A DNA stretch of 40,876 nucleotides, taken from a virus. Below the pieces are notes generated by a model, which made no database searches, had not been told where the DNA came from, and saw only the letters and a list, made by a program, of their open reading frames with translations. Each line of letters starts with the position of its first letter. The first letter of the stretch is position 1. Positions 31,398-39,042 of this stretch are shown in pieces. Location: the UHGV virus genome UHGV-0232575. One strand, given 5' to 3'. The position numbers were made by a program, and so were the translations under genes.

Positions 31398-32138
31398 ATG
31401 GAATTATTAAGACTTAAAAAGAATGGTAAAGCACCGTTAGTTGCTGGTTCATTTAATGGTGAAGATAAAGTAGAAGTAAAGAAGTGGGTTGCAGAAGGTG
31501 GTAACTATGGTATTTTAACTGGTAAGTTATCAGGTATTGCAGTAATTGATATTGACACTCATAATGGTGTTAGTGGTGCTGATAACCTCAAAGAGTTTTG
31601 CGAAAAGTATGATATTGAGTTACCAGACACTAAAACAGTTATGACACCAAGTGGTGGGCTTCATCTGTATTACAACCTACCTGAAAAATATAATGATGTG
31701 CAATTCATTCAGAACCACAAGGAAGTTGAAGGTGTTGACTTCCAAACACATGGACGCTATGTTGTTGGCTGGGGTTCAACTATTGATGGTCTTAAATATC
31801 AAGTGATTAACAACCAACCAATCGCAGACCTACCCGCAAAATGGTTTGATATATTTACAGATAAAACCATTCAAAAGAAAAACAAAAAACGTGAACGTAA
31901 ATTCACAGCTAACTTACTCGGAGACATAATCGCCGGTTGTGATGCAGGGGGAAGAAACAACTTTTTAACACAAATCATTGGTAAGTTATTCGCAACTGGA
32001 TTAGAACATGAAGAAGTGCGTGTATGGTCACTATACGTTAACCAAATATCATTAAATCCACCACTATCAGAAGAGGAGGTATTAAGAACATATGAATCAG
32101 TGCGCAAACGAGAAATTAGAAGAATGGATAGAGATTGA
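31398..32138 (+). CDS. Bifunctional primase-polymerase (Prim-Pol) N-terminal domain protein with PriCT-like C-terminus
   Basis: GILTG...IAVIDIDTHNG...TPSGGLHLYY Prim-Pol motifs. C-terminal ...GGRNNFLTQIIGKLF is PriCT-like. RBS AAGGAGGAAACGAA. Confidence 0.75.
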   Translation: MELLRLKKNGKAPLVAGSFNGEDKVEVKKWVAEGGNYGILTGKLSGIAVIDIDTHNGVSGADNLKEFCEKYDIELPDTKTVMTPSGGLHLYYNLPEKYNDVQFIQNHKEVEGVDFQTHGRYVVGWGSTIDGLKYQVINNQPIADLPAKWFDIFTDKTIQKKNKKRERKFTANLLGDIIAGCDAGGRNNFLTQIIGKLFATGLEHEEVRVWSLYVNQISLNPPLSEEEVLRTYESVRKREIRRMDRD

Positions 32139-32610
32139 TAAACATAGTAGATACTGCGTATCTAATTTAGGTAGAGTTAAAAATAAATATACAGGAAGAA
32201 TTATGAAAGCTACCAAAAACAAAACAGCTGGGTATATGTATATAAGATTATATTCAGATAGTGGTAAACGAACCACCTTTAGATTGCACAGACTAATTGC
32301 ATTACACTTCTTAGATAATCCAAATAACTATGAAGATGTAAACCATATTGATGAAGATAAAACAAACAACATGGTTTCCAATCTTGAATGGTGTTCACAT
32401 TTAGAAAATATAAGACACGGAACAGGTGTCTCAAGAAGTAAACAAAGTAGAAGTACGCCTATACTTTGTTCAAACGGAATTGTATATCCTAGCTTAACTG
32501 ATTGTAGTAAAAGCTTAAAATTAAGTTGTGGAGCAATATCAGAAGTATTAAACGGAAAAAGAAAACACACTAAAGGTTTTAAATTTGAAAGGATTGAAGA
32601 AGTTGAATAA
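32092..32610 (+). CDS. HNH homing endonuclease (NUMOD4-HNH_3)
   Basis: YCVSNLGRVKN; VNHIDEDKTNNMVSNLEW, with the core nucleotides ~90% identical to the 29167 paralog. It overlaps the primase 3' end. Confidence 0.8.
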   Translation: MNQCANEKLEEWIEIDKHSRYCVSNLGRVKNKYTGRIMKATKNKTAGYMYIRLYSDSGKRTTFRLHRLIALHFLDNPNNYEDVNHIDEDKTNNMVSNLEWCSHLENIRHGTGVSRSKQSRSTPILCSNGIVYPSLTDCSKSLKLSCGAISEVLNGKRKHTKGFKFERIEEVE

Positions 32611-32617
32611 TTTACAC

Positions 32618-32809
32618 ATGTTTAGAAAATTGTTCCCAAATGGTTGGCTTATTGATGTAAAGTACAATCCAAATGGGTTTGGTGATATGTATAGTACAAA
32701 TTATAACTATTCAGTAATGATGCAACATGTAGCAAGTGGATTTGTTAGTTTTGAAAACATTGAAACAGCGGGAGAAGTTTTTAAACTTATCGCTAAATAT
32801 GCAAAATAA
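32618..32809 (+). CDS. Hypothetical protein
   Basis: 63 aa from the ATG. The longer ORF from TTG 32585 overlaps the HNH gene. Start is uncertain. Confidence 0.4.
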   Translation: MFRKLFPNGWLIDVKYNPNGFGDMYSTNYNYSVMMQHVASGFVSFENIETAGEVFKLIAKYAK

Positions 32810-32810
32810 A

Positions 32811-32872
32811 AACGACCACCCAATAGAGTAGTCGTTGTGAGTGTCACTTCATGCTGGGAGGAATCAGCATCA
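32811..32872 (+). terminator. Two stem-loops / putative terminator region
   Basis: AACGACcacccaatagagtaGTCGTT and ATGCTGggaggaatCAGCAT, followed by an AT-rich tract. Confidence 0.4.
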
Positions 32873-32923
32873 GTAACTTATAATTTATTATAACATAAAA
32901 TTAAAGTTTTGTGTTGACAAATG

Positions 32924-32952
32924 AACGTCAATATGATAGAATGATATTATAA
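32924..32952 (+). promoter_or_regulatory. Early/middle promoter TTGACA-17-TAGAAT
   Basis: Consensus spacing; leader AGGAGGAATTAATT-ATG. Confidence 0.55.
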
Positions 32953-32972
32953 AACATTAGGAGGAATTAATT

Positions 32973-33419
32973 ATGAAATTACATGATGGAATGTTAGTAA
33001 AACGTAAAGACAACGGTTTAAAAGGTGTAGCGCATAAAATGGAAGGTAAAATGTGGAAAGTCAAATATCATGACGGAACACACACATATACTACAGAGAG
33101 TGCTTTTAAAAACCATTTTGTTATTCCTGAATTAGAAGTTAATTTTGAAGATTCAAAATGTGATGGTGTTGAACCTGATGTAGAAGTTTATTTTGAATCA
33201 GATTTGATTGACAATCAAATTCATTACACAGTTAACGGTATTCAACCAATTCAAATAATGAAAGCTAACATGACAAAAGAAGGATACCGTGGTTTCCTAG
33301 AAGGAAATATTCTAAAATATCCATTACGTTATAAACACAAAAATGGACTAGAGGACCTTAAAAAAGCAAAAACATACTTAACTTGGCTGATTGAAGATAT
33401 TGAAGAAAGAGGTTTATAA
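32973..33419 (+). CDS. DUF3310-domain protein
   Basis: C-terminal IQPIQIM...GFLEGNILKYPLRYKHKNGLEDLKKAKTYLTWLIE matches the DUF3310 signature. Confidence 0.6.
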   Translation: MKLHDGMLVKRKDNGLKGVAHKMEGKMWKVKYHDGTHTYTTESAFKNHFVIPELEVNFEDSKCDGVEPDVEVYFESDLIDNQIHYTVNGIQPIQIMKANMTKEGYRGFLEGNILKYPLRYKHKNGLEDLKKAKTYLTWLIEDIEERGL

Positions 33420-33420
33420 T

Positions 33421-33627
33421 ATGGAAAATGTAGAAGTGTTTAATAGACCAATTGGAAATTATAAAACTATACACCTTATCTGTAATGATAACAAGCATGA
33501 ATATATGGAAGTAACTAAATACCCAGATGGTGATATTATGGCTAGCATGGTATTATACCACCCAGATAATGAGATTATCTTAACAATTGAGCAATTAGAA
33601 AAATTAGTAGAGGAGTTAAAGGAATGA
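33421..33627 (+). CDS. Hypothetical protein
   Basis: 68 aa from MENVEVF. The ORF extends upstream to 33391. Confidence 0.45.
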   Translation: MENVEVFNRPIGNYKTIHLICNDNKHEYMEVTKYPDGDIMASMVLYHPDNEIILTIEQLEKLVEELKE

Positions 33628-34103
33628 TTGAAAAATTTGAACCATTGTTTGAACCATATGAGATATACGCAGTTTCAAACATAGGGTATGTGATTGACCG
33701 TGACACAGGTTTAACGGTATTGAACTCATATGATGACAACGGCAAACCATATGTAGTATTAGAAGGATCACACAACAAGACACGTAAATTTTTTATTGCT
33801 AACTTAGTAGCTGAATCATTTGTATTAAATAAAGACAATCTAGGCTATCTGTATTACAAAGATGGTGATGTTAATAACACACACTGCAATAATCTTGGTT
33901 GGGCTATTAACCCACAAGAAGGCAAACAGCGTGTTGCACGTCCACTGCGCAAAAAAGTAGAGGATAAACGTCATAAATTAATTATTGAAATTAATAAAGC
34001 AATTGACAAGGATAAGTGGGACACTGCTAAACGACTTGGCAAGGAACTTTGGCAGCTAGAAGGAAATTCGTGGGAAGGGAGGAATACACCAGCTCAATAT
34101 TAG
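33624..34103 (+). CDS. Degenerate HNH/NUMOD4-like protein (homing-endonuclease relic?)
   Basis: YEIYAVSNIGYV is NUMOD4-like and THCNNLGWA is an HNH remnant, but the catalytic His-Asn pattern is eroded. Confidence 0.5.
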   Translation: MIEKFEPLFEPYEIYAVSNIGYVIDRDTGLTVLNSYDDNGKPYVVLEGSHNKTRKFFIANLVAESFVLNKDNLGYLYYKDGDVNNTHCNNLGWAINPQEGKQRVARPLRKKVEDKRHKLIIEINKAIDKDKWDTAKRLGKELWQLEGNSWEGRNTPAQY

Positions 34104-34114
34104 GTGTATATATT

Positions 34115-34651
34115 ATGATTGAAGAATGGAAAGATATTAAAGGGTATGAAGGTTTATATCAGGTTAGCAACTTAGGTAGAGTTAAATCATTAGAGCGTAT
34201 AACTAATATGAAAGACGGACGTATAAGAACTGAAAGGGAGAAGATATTAAAACCTATCAAAGACAAACATGGTTACTATAGAGTAAGACTATACAAAAAA
34301 GATGGTAAGAAAGAGTTTAAGATACATTCACTTGTATTATTTACATTTGTAGGAATACGTAAGGATGGTATGGTTGTAAACCATATTGATGAAAATAAAT
34401 CAAATAATTCACTATACAACTTAGAGTATATTACACAAAAAGAAAATATAAATCATGGTACAGGTAATATCAGGAGAAGTAAAAACCAACCAAACAGTAT
34501 AAGATTAAAAGCAATGAAAAATGGTATTTATTTAGAATTTAACTCTATAACACAATGTGCAAATAATCTTAATTTAAACATTTGTCACATAAGTTCTTGT
34601 TTGAGTGGAAAAAGAAAAACGCACGGAGGTTGGCAATTTGAGCGCATTTAA
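34115..34651 (+). CDS. HNH homing endonuclease (NUMOD4-HNH_3)
   Basis: YEGLYQVSNLGRVKS; VNHIDENKSNNSLYNLEY; C-terminal GGWQFERI. RBS AGGTG 8 nt upstream. Confidence 0.8.
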   Translation: MIEEWKDIKGYEGLYQVSNLGRVKSLERITNMKDGRIRTEREKILKPIKDKHGYYRVRLYKKDGKKEFKIHSLVLFTFVGIRKDGMVVNHIDENKSNNSLYNLEYITQKENINHGTGNIRRSKNQPNSIRLKAMKNGIYLEFNSITQCANNLNLNICHISSCLSGKRKTHGGWQFERI

Positions 34652-35417
34652 CTATGATATTCATTACACAGGTAGTAAAGGAAATTCAGTATCAATATAT
34701 ACTAATCAATTTAATATATTAGTTGATGCAGGTAAGCCTTACAAATTTATAGAGCCATTACTATATGAAAAACATTTTTTAATATTTACGCACAGACACG
34801 GTGACCATTTCAAACCAGCAGTATTTAGAAAAATACGTGAGAACTTCCCAAATATTAAAATTCTAGCAAATGAAGAAGTAAATAATTTAATGTTTGAAAA
34901 AACTAAAATGGGTGCAGATGTTGTTTTTAGTGATAACTTTCAGTTTCAAATTGGTACAATGAAATTCACAACTATCCAGAACTATCATGGTGCTGGTGAA
35001 GAATTAGTTGACTGTCATGGATTAATTATTGAAGATATTGAATCTGGTGAAGTATTATTATATGCAACTGATTTAAGCACTACAATAGATTATCAGGAAT
35101 ATTTAGATAAAAACTCTTTACAAGTAGATTACTTTCTGTTAGAATCTAACTATGACCCACAAGTAATTGAATTTTATGAATCAACAAAAGCACACACTGG
35201 TTTTGATATTTTTAGTAATGGTTCATATCGTCACTTATCTTCAACTGAACATAAAGAATTTACAGAAAAGTATTGCAAACCAGGGTCAATTGTGGTACCA
35301 TTACACCAAAGTGAAACATATTCAACTTTTGAAGGACTAATTAAACGTACTAAAAAAGATGAAAACAGATTGACAATGGAGGACGTGGAAGCATGGAAAA
35401 AAAGCAAGAACAAATGA
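34638..35417 (+). CDS. Metallo-beta-lactamase-fold hydrolase
   Basis: THRHGDH is the HxHxDH motif, with downstream His/Asp ligand candidates. Probable TTG start with GGAGGT 6 nt upstream. The GTG ORF begins at 34605. Confidence 0.65.
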   Translation: MSAFNYDIHYTGSKGNSVSIYTNQFNILVDAGKPYKFIEPLLYEKHFLIFTHRHGDHFKPAVFRKIRENFPNIKILANEEVNNLMFEKTKMGADVVFSDNFQFQIGTMKFTTIQNYHGAGEELVDCHGLIIEDIESGEVLLYATDLSTTIDYQEYLDKNSLQVDYFLLESNYDPQVIEFYESTKAHTGFDIFSNGSYRHLSSTEHKEFTEKYCKPGSIVVPLHQSETYSTFEGLIKRTKKDENRLTMEDVEAWKKSKNK

Positions 35418-35581
35418 GTTATAAAATGTTACTAATGTTAGATTATGGGTATACTGTAAATGACCTACTAAACACATTAGAGGAACGAACGGACCTAATT
35501 AAAATGGGGTTCACATTTAACGAGATTTTCAAAGCTAAGTGGTTACGATTAAAGGCGGAGGACGAACGCAATGGAATTTGA
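35393..35581 (+). CDS. Hypothetical protein
   Basis: 62 aa. RBS GGAGGA 9 nt upstream. Confidence 0.45.
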   Translation: MEKKQEQMSYKMLLMLDYGYTVNDLLNTLEERTDLIKMGFTFNEIFKAKWLRLKAEDERNGI

Positions 35582-36389
35582 AATCGCAATTAAAACCAAT
35601 GGTGTTCAGTCAATCGAATTTGCAGACTATGAAAAAATACTAAATGACGCACAGAAGTTGGCTGATAAAATGAAAGAGCAAGAAGTTACAGAAGAAACAA
35701 TCAAAGAGAATAAAAAACTAGTAGCTACAATCAATAAACGAATTAGAGAACTAGACACACAACGCAAACTGGTAAAAAGTGAAATCATGACCCCTTATGA
35801 CGAACTAAACGAAAAAATACAGACTTTAAAGGACGTACTAAAGGAAGGTATAGAACATGTCAATGTACAAATTAAAACATTCAACGAGCAAGAACAAAAA
35901 GAACGTACGTTACAAATTGAAGAACTTTTCAATAAGTACCAAGCTTCATATAATGCGCCACAATGGCTATCTTTTGATAAGTTCATTGCAAAAAACAGAA
36001 GTTTAGTAACTAATAAAGCAACCTCACAAAAAACAATCACACAAGCAATTGTGATGTATTTTGAACTGTTTAAACAAGACTATTCAGACTTGAAAGAACA
36101 GGTAACAGACAAAGATGACCGCATGGCAATACTTATTGCATATTCAAGAAATGGTTTCAATATGAATGAAGCTATTGAAGAATTTAAAGAAATGAAGTCA
36201 GAACGTGAACGACTGGAAGCTGAACAACAACGAGTAAGAGAAACGAAAGTTCCTGACATTGTAATTTTAACAGGAAATGAAGATAAAGTTGTTGACAAAC
36301 CAGTTGAAGTAAGTTATACTAACATTAAGGTTAAGACATCAGACTTAGCCAAACTAAAAGAATTAGGTATTGAATGGGAGGAAATGTAA
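35571..36389 (+). CDS. DUF1351-like coiled-coil protein (phage recombination/replication-associated)
   Basis: 272 aa, highly helical and charged. The architecture resembles DUF1351 proteins of LAB phages. Confidence 0.5.
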   Translation: MEFEIAIKTNGVQSIEFADYEKILNDAQKLADKMKEQEVTEETIKENKKLVATINKRIRELDTQRKLVKSEIMTPYDELNEKIQTLKDVLKEGIEHVNVQIKTFNEQEQKERTLQIEELFNKYQASYNAPQWLSFDKFIAKNRSLVTNKATSQKTITQAIVMYFELFKQDYSDLKEQVTDKDDRMAILIAYSRNGFNMNEAIEEFKEMKSERERLEAEQQRVRETKVPDIVILTGNEDKVVDKPVEVSYTNIKVKTSDLAKLKELGIEWEEM

Positions 36390-36680
36390 ATGATTATTAA
36401 AGAAGATTTATTGCGTTGCACGTATTTTTCAAAGGATTTAAAAGAAGGAAGTATCACATTTAAAAAACTGGTAGAGCGCAGAAATAAACACAATGCCCCA
36501 GAATTTGACTTTGATGGTGCTACATTTTATGTTGAAAGTATGGAAGTGGAATATGAAACAAATGAGTTCCACGTTATGAGGGCTATTATTGTAAAAGAAG
36601 CAAAAGGTGGACAGTCAATTGAGAGATTTAATCTTGAAGTGGACTATAACGCAAACACAATGACATTGGAGGAAATTTAA
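36390..36680 (+). CDS. Hypothetical protein
   Basis: 96 aa. RBS GGGAGGAAATG. Confidence 0.5.
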   Translation: MIIKEDLLRCTYFSKDLKEGSITFKKLVERRNKHNAPEFDFDGATFYVESMEVEYETNEFHVMRAIIVKEAKGGQSIERFNLEVDYNANTMTLEEI

Positions 36681-36932
36681 ATGGCTGAATTACCATTATG
36701 GAAGTTACACACATTAGAAGGTAAAAAAGAAGTACTCTTTATTAATGGAATAGCAACATATGGTGAAAGTTATATTATGATTGATAATGTACGTTTTGGA
36801 TTGATTGAGTTTACAGTGGTTAATAATTATGATGACTATACTCTTAAAGGTGTTGTATATGAAGAAGGTACTATTGACCCAATCAATATTTTTATTAATT
36901 TCAATAAACTTTATATTATTTTAGGAAAATAA
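36681..36932 (+). CDS. Hypothetical protein
   Basis: 83 aa. RBS TTGGAGGAAAT. Confidence 0.5.
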   Translation: MAELPLWKLHTLEGKKEVLFINGIATYGESYIMIDNVRFGLIEFTVVNNYDDYTLKGVVYEEGTIDPINIFINFNKLYIILGK

Positions 36933-36954
36933 GGTACACAAGTTAGGGAAAGTA

Positions 36955-36963
36955 TGTTATACT
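36955..36963 (+). promoter_or_regulatory. Extended -10 promoter TGTTATACT + TAGTAAA box on the + strand
   Basis: agtaTGTTATACTatttaagtagtaaaaaat upstream of the SSB-like gene. Confidence 0.4.
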
Positions 36964-37009
36964 ATTTAAGTAGTAAAAAATAAAAACAAATTATTGGAGG
37001 AACTTTATT

Positions 37010-37717
37010 ATGTCAGAATTACAAAAATTAGTTATCGTGAGTGTAGAGGATTCAGAAATTTCAACTAAGTTACAAGTTGCAAAAGAAGATTATTCAGCAA
37101 TGTTTGATGCAGTAGCGTACAAACAACAATTCAATAAAGAAGCTGGCGAATGGGAAGATTCAGAAGAAGCTATGAAAAAATATAATGAAGCACTAGAAGT
37201 TGCTGGTGGTTCATTTGAAGAAGATAATACTATTGAGTTATACGTTGATGAACAAACAGGTAAAGCGTACTTCACAGAAGGCTCCGGTTTTATCAAAATT
37301 GAGAAACCACTAGTTAGCTTAAAACGTATTAAGAAAGCACCTATTGTTGCAATTCAAGATTCACCTAAAGGACGTTCAGTAGTTATTGAACATAAAGGTA
37401 AGCACTACGCATTCAACTTCAACACAGGGGTATGGGTTGCTAAAAAAGAAATGTTCATTCCTAACATGGCTAAACTTGGAAAAGCAAAAGCGCGATTCAA
37501 CGAACTATTTGAAGATGTAGGTGTGGACTGGGAAACAGCAGAAAAAGCGGTTGGAATGGTTGTTGATGTTACAGTTAATAAAAATCAATTAGACCCAACA
37601 AACAACGTTGGTTGGTTAGAAGCATTACCTCTTGACCCAGAGGACCAACCAGAACAAAAACCAGTTGAAGAAGTTTATCACTCAATTGACATTACAGCTG
37701 ATGATTTACCATTCTAA
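37010..37717 (+). CDS. Putative single-stranded DNA-binding protein with an SSB-type acidic C-terminal tail (DDLPF)
   Basis: 235 aa. It ends in ...ITADDLPF, matching the DDD-(I/L)-PF tail of bacterial SSBs. The N-terminal part is not a canonical OB-fold SSB. Confidence 0.45.
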   Translation: MSELQKLVIVSVEDSEISTKLQVAKEDYSAMFDAVAYKQQFNKEAGEWEDSEEAMKKYNEALEVAGGSFEEDNTIELYVDEQTGKAYFTEGSGFIKIEKPLVSLKRIKKAPIVAIQDSPKGRSVVIEHKGKHYAFNFNTGVWVAKKEMFIPNMAKLGKAKARFNELFEDVGVDWETAEKAVGMVVDVTVNKNQLDPTNNVGWLEALPLDPEDQPEQKPVEEVYHSIDITADDLPF

Positions 37718-37729
37718 AAATAAACAAAC

Positions 37730-37762
37730 AAAACCCTTGACTTATGTTAGGGGTTTTGTTAT
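37730..37762 (+). terminator. Rho-independent terminator embedding a -35 box
   Basis: AAAACCCttgacttatgttaGGGGTTTTgttatt. Confidence 0.6.
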
Positions 37763-37765
37763 TAT
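37737..37765 (+). promoter_or_regulatory. Promoter TTGACT-17-TATTAT
   Basis: The -35 box lies inside the terminator loop. Confidence 0.45.
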
Positions 37766-37787
37766 ATACATATAGGAGGTAATGAGA

Positions 37788-38012
37788 ATGAAAAACAACT
37801 TTAAAATAGGTGCATACGCAGAACTTAAAAATGACAATCACAATGGTATTGGTAGTAAAGGTGATAAGGTAGTTATACTAGCTAAACTATTTAAACCAGT
37901 AGATGGTGTAGAACTTATCTGTAGATTCTCTAATGGGTGTACAGAAGGTTTCTTACAACGTGAGTTGAAATTAGCAACAAAAACACTTGACAGAATCACA
38001 TTAATAAAGTAA
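37788..38012 (+). CDS. Hypothetical protein
   Basis: 74 aa from MKNNFKIG. RBS AGGAGG 9 nt upstream. Confidence 0.5.
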   Translation: MKNNFKIGAYAELKNDNHNGIGSKGDKVVILAKLFKPVDGVELICRFSNGCTEGFLQRELKLATKTLDRITLIK

Positions 38013-38063
38013 GATAGTAGTATAAACATATATAATAAACTTATCAAACAGGGAGGTAACCGC

Positions 38064-38243
38064 ATGTATAACTCAAAAGACATTGTGTACACTATTAAAG
38101 ATTTTTGGATATTGAATACTGCTGAATACTATGAGCTATATAAAATAAATGGAACTCATAGCAAGAGGGTTGGAAAAGTAAGTAAAAAACTAGGTGTTAA
38201 TAAAGCAATTAAAAATTTAAATATTTTACACCTAAATAAATAA
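38064..38243 (+). CDS. Small basic protein (59 aa), possibly DNA-binding
   Basis: RBS GGGAGGTAACCGC-ATG. Lys-rich C-terminus. Confidence 0.4.
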   Translation: MYNSKDIVYTIKDFWILNTAEYYELYKINGTHSKRVGKVSKKLGVNKAIKNLNILHLNK

Positions 38244-38280
38244 TTTTAAAAACTATTGACAAATTGGAGGAATTAAATAT

Positions 38281-39009
38281 ATGAAATACGTAGGAAGTAA
38301 AAACAGATTAAGCAAGGAATTAGCACCAATTATTCAAAGTTACATTACAGATGATACAGTAGCATACATTGAACCATTTGTTGGCGGTGCTAATATGATT
38401 GACAAGATTGAGCATCATAACAAAATAGGTAGTGATTTACACAAAGAATTAATAGCATTGCACAAGTTCAATAGAGATTATAGTGATAACCTACCATCTA
38501 CAATCACAGAAGAACAGTATCTAAGTGTTAAAAACAACAAGAATGCATACAGTGATTACTACGTTGGTTTGGTTGGTTTTTGTGCAACATTTGGTGCTAA
38601 GTACTTTGGCGGATACGCTAGAGGATATAAAACGGACGGAGTCACACCACGTGACCTACCTAATGAAGCAATACGAAATTTACAAAAACAAGCACCAAAC
38701 ATTCAAGGGATTAAGTTTGAATGTAAGTCATTTACTGATTATAACCCTTCTGATTATAAAAATTGCGTGTTCTACTTAGACCCACCATATAGAAAAACAT
38801 TATCATATTCAACTGGCGGTTTTCCACATGAAGAATTTGACAAGTGGGCTATAGAGTTGGGAAAAAACAATACTGTATTAATCAGCGAATATGAACTACC
38901 TGAAGATAAATTTGAATGTATCTGGAGTAAAGATGTTAAGGTTGGTATCAGTGGACAAGGTGATATAAAAAACAAAAAAAGGGTTGAAAAATTGTTTAAA
39001 GTACGTTAA
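38281..39009 (+). CDS. dam: DNA adenine methyltransferase (Dam-like, D12 class N6-MTase), orphan
   Basis: N-terminal MKYVGSKNRL, motif I FVGGAN and motif IV DPPY. No restriction partner nearby. Confidence 0.8.
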   Translation: MKYVGSKNRLSKELAPIIQSYITDDTVAYIEPFVGGANMIDKIEHHNKIGSDLHKELIALHKFNRDYSDNLPSTITEEQYLSVKNNKNAYSDYYVGLVGFCATFGAKYFGGYARGYKTDGVTPRDLPNEAIRNLQKQAPNIQGIKFECKSFTDYNPSDYKNCVFYLDPPYRKTLSYSTGGFPHEEFDKWAIELGKNNTVLISEYELPEDKFECIWSKDVKVGISGQGDIKNKKRVEKLFKVR

Positions 39010-39042
39010 ACTAGTAGTATAAACCAATTGGAGGAATTAGCA

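Noticed and set aside
38256-38280. TTGACA hexamer 20 nt before the dam start as a promoter
   Set aside because: A -10 would have to overlap the start codon and RBS. Probably just an AT-rich leader.
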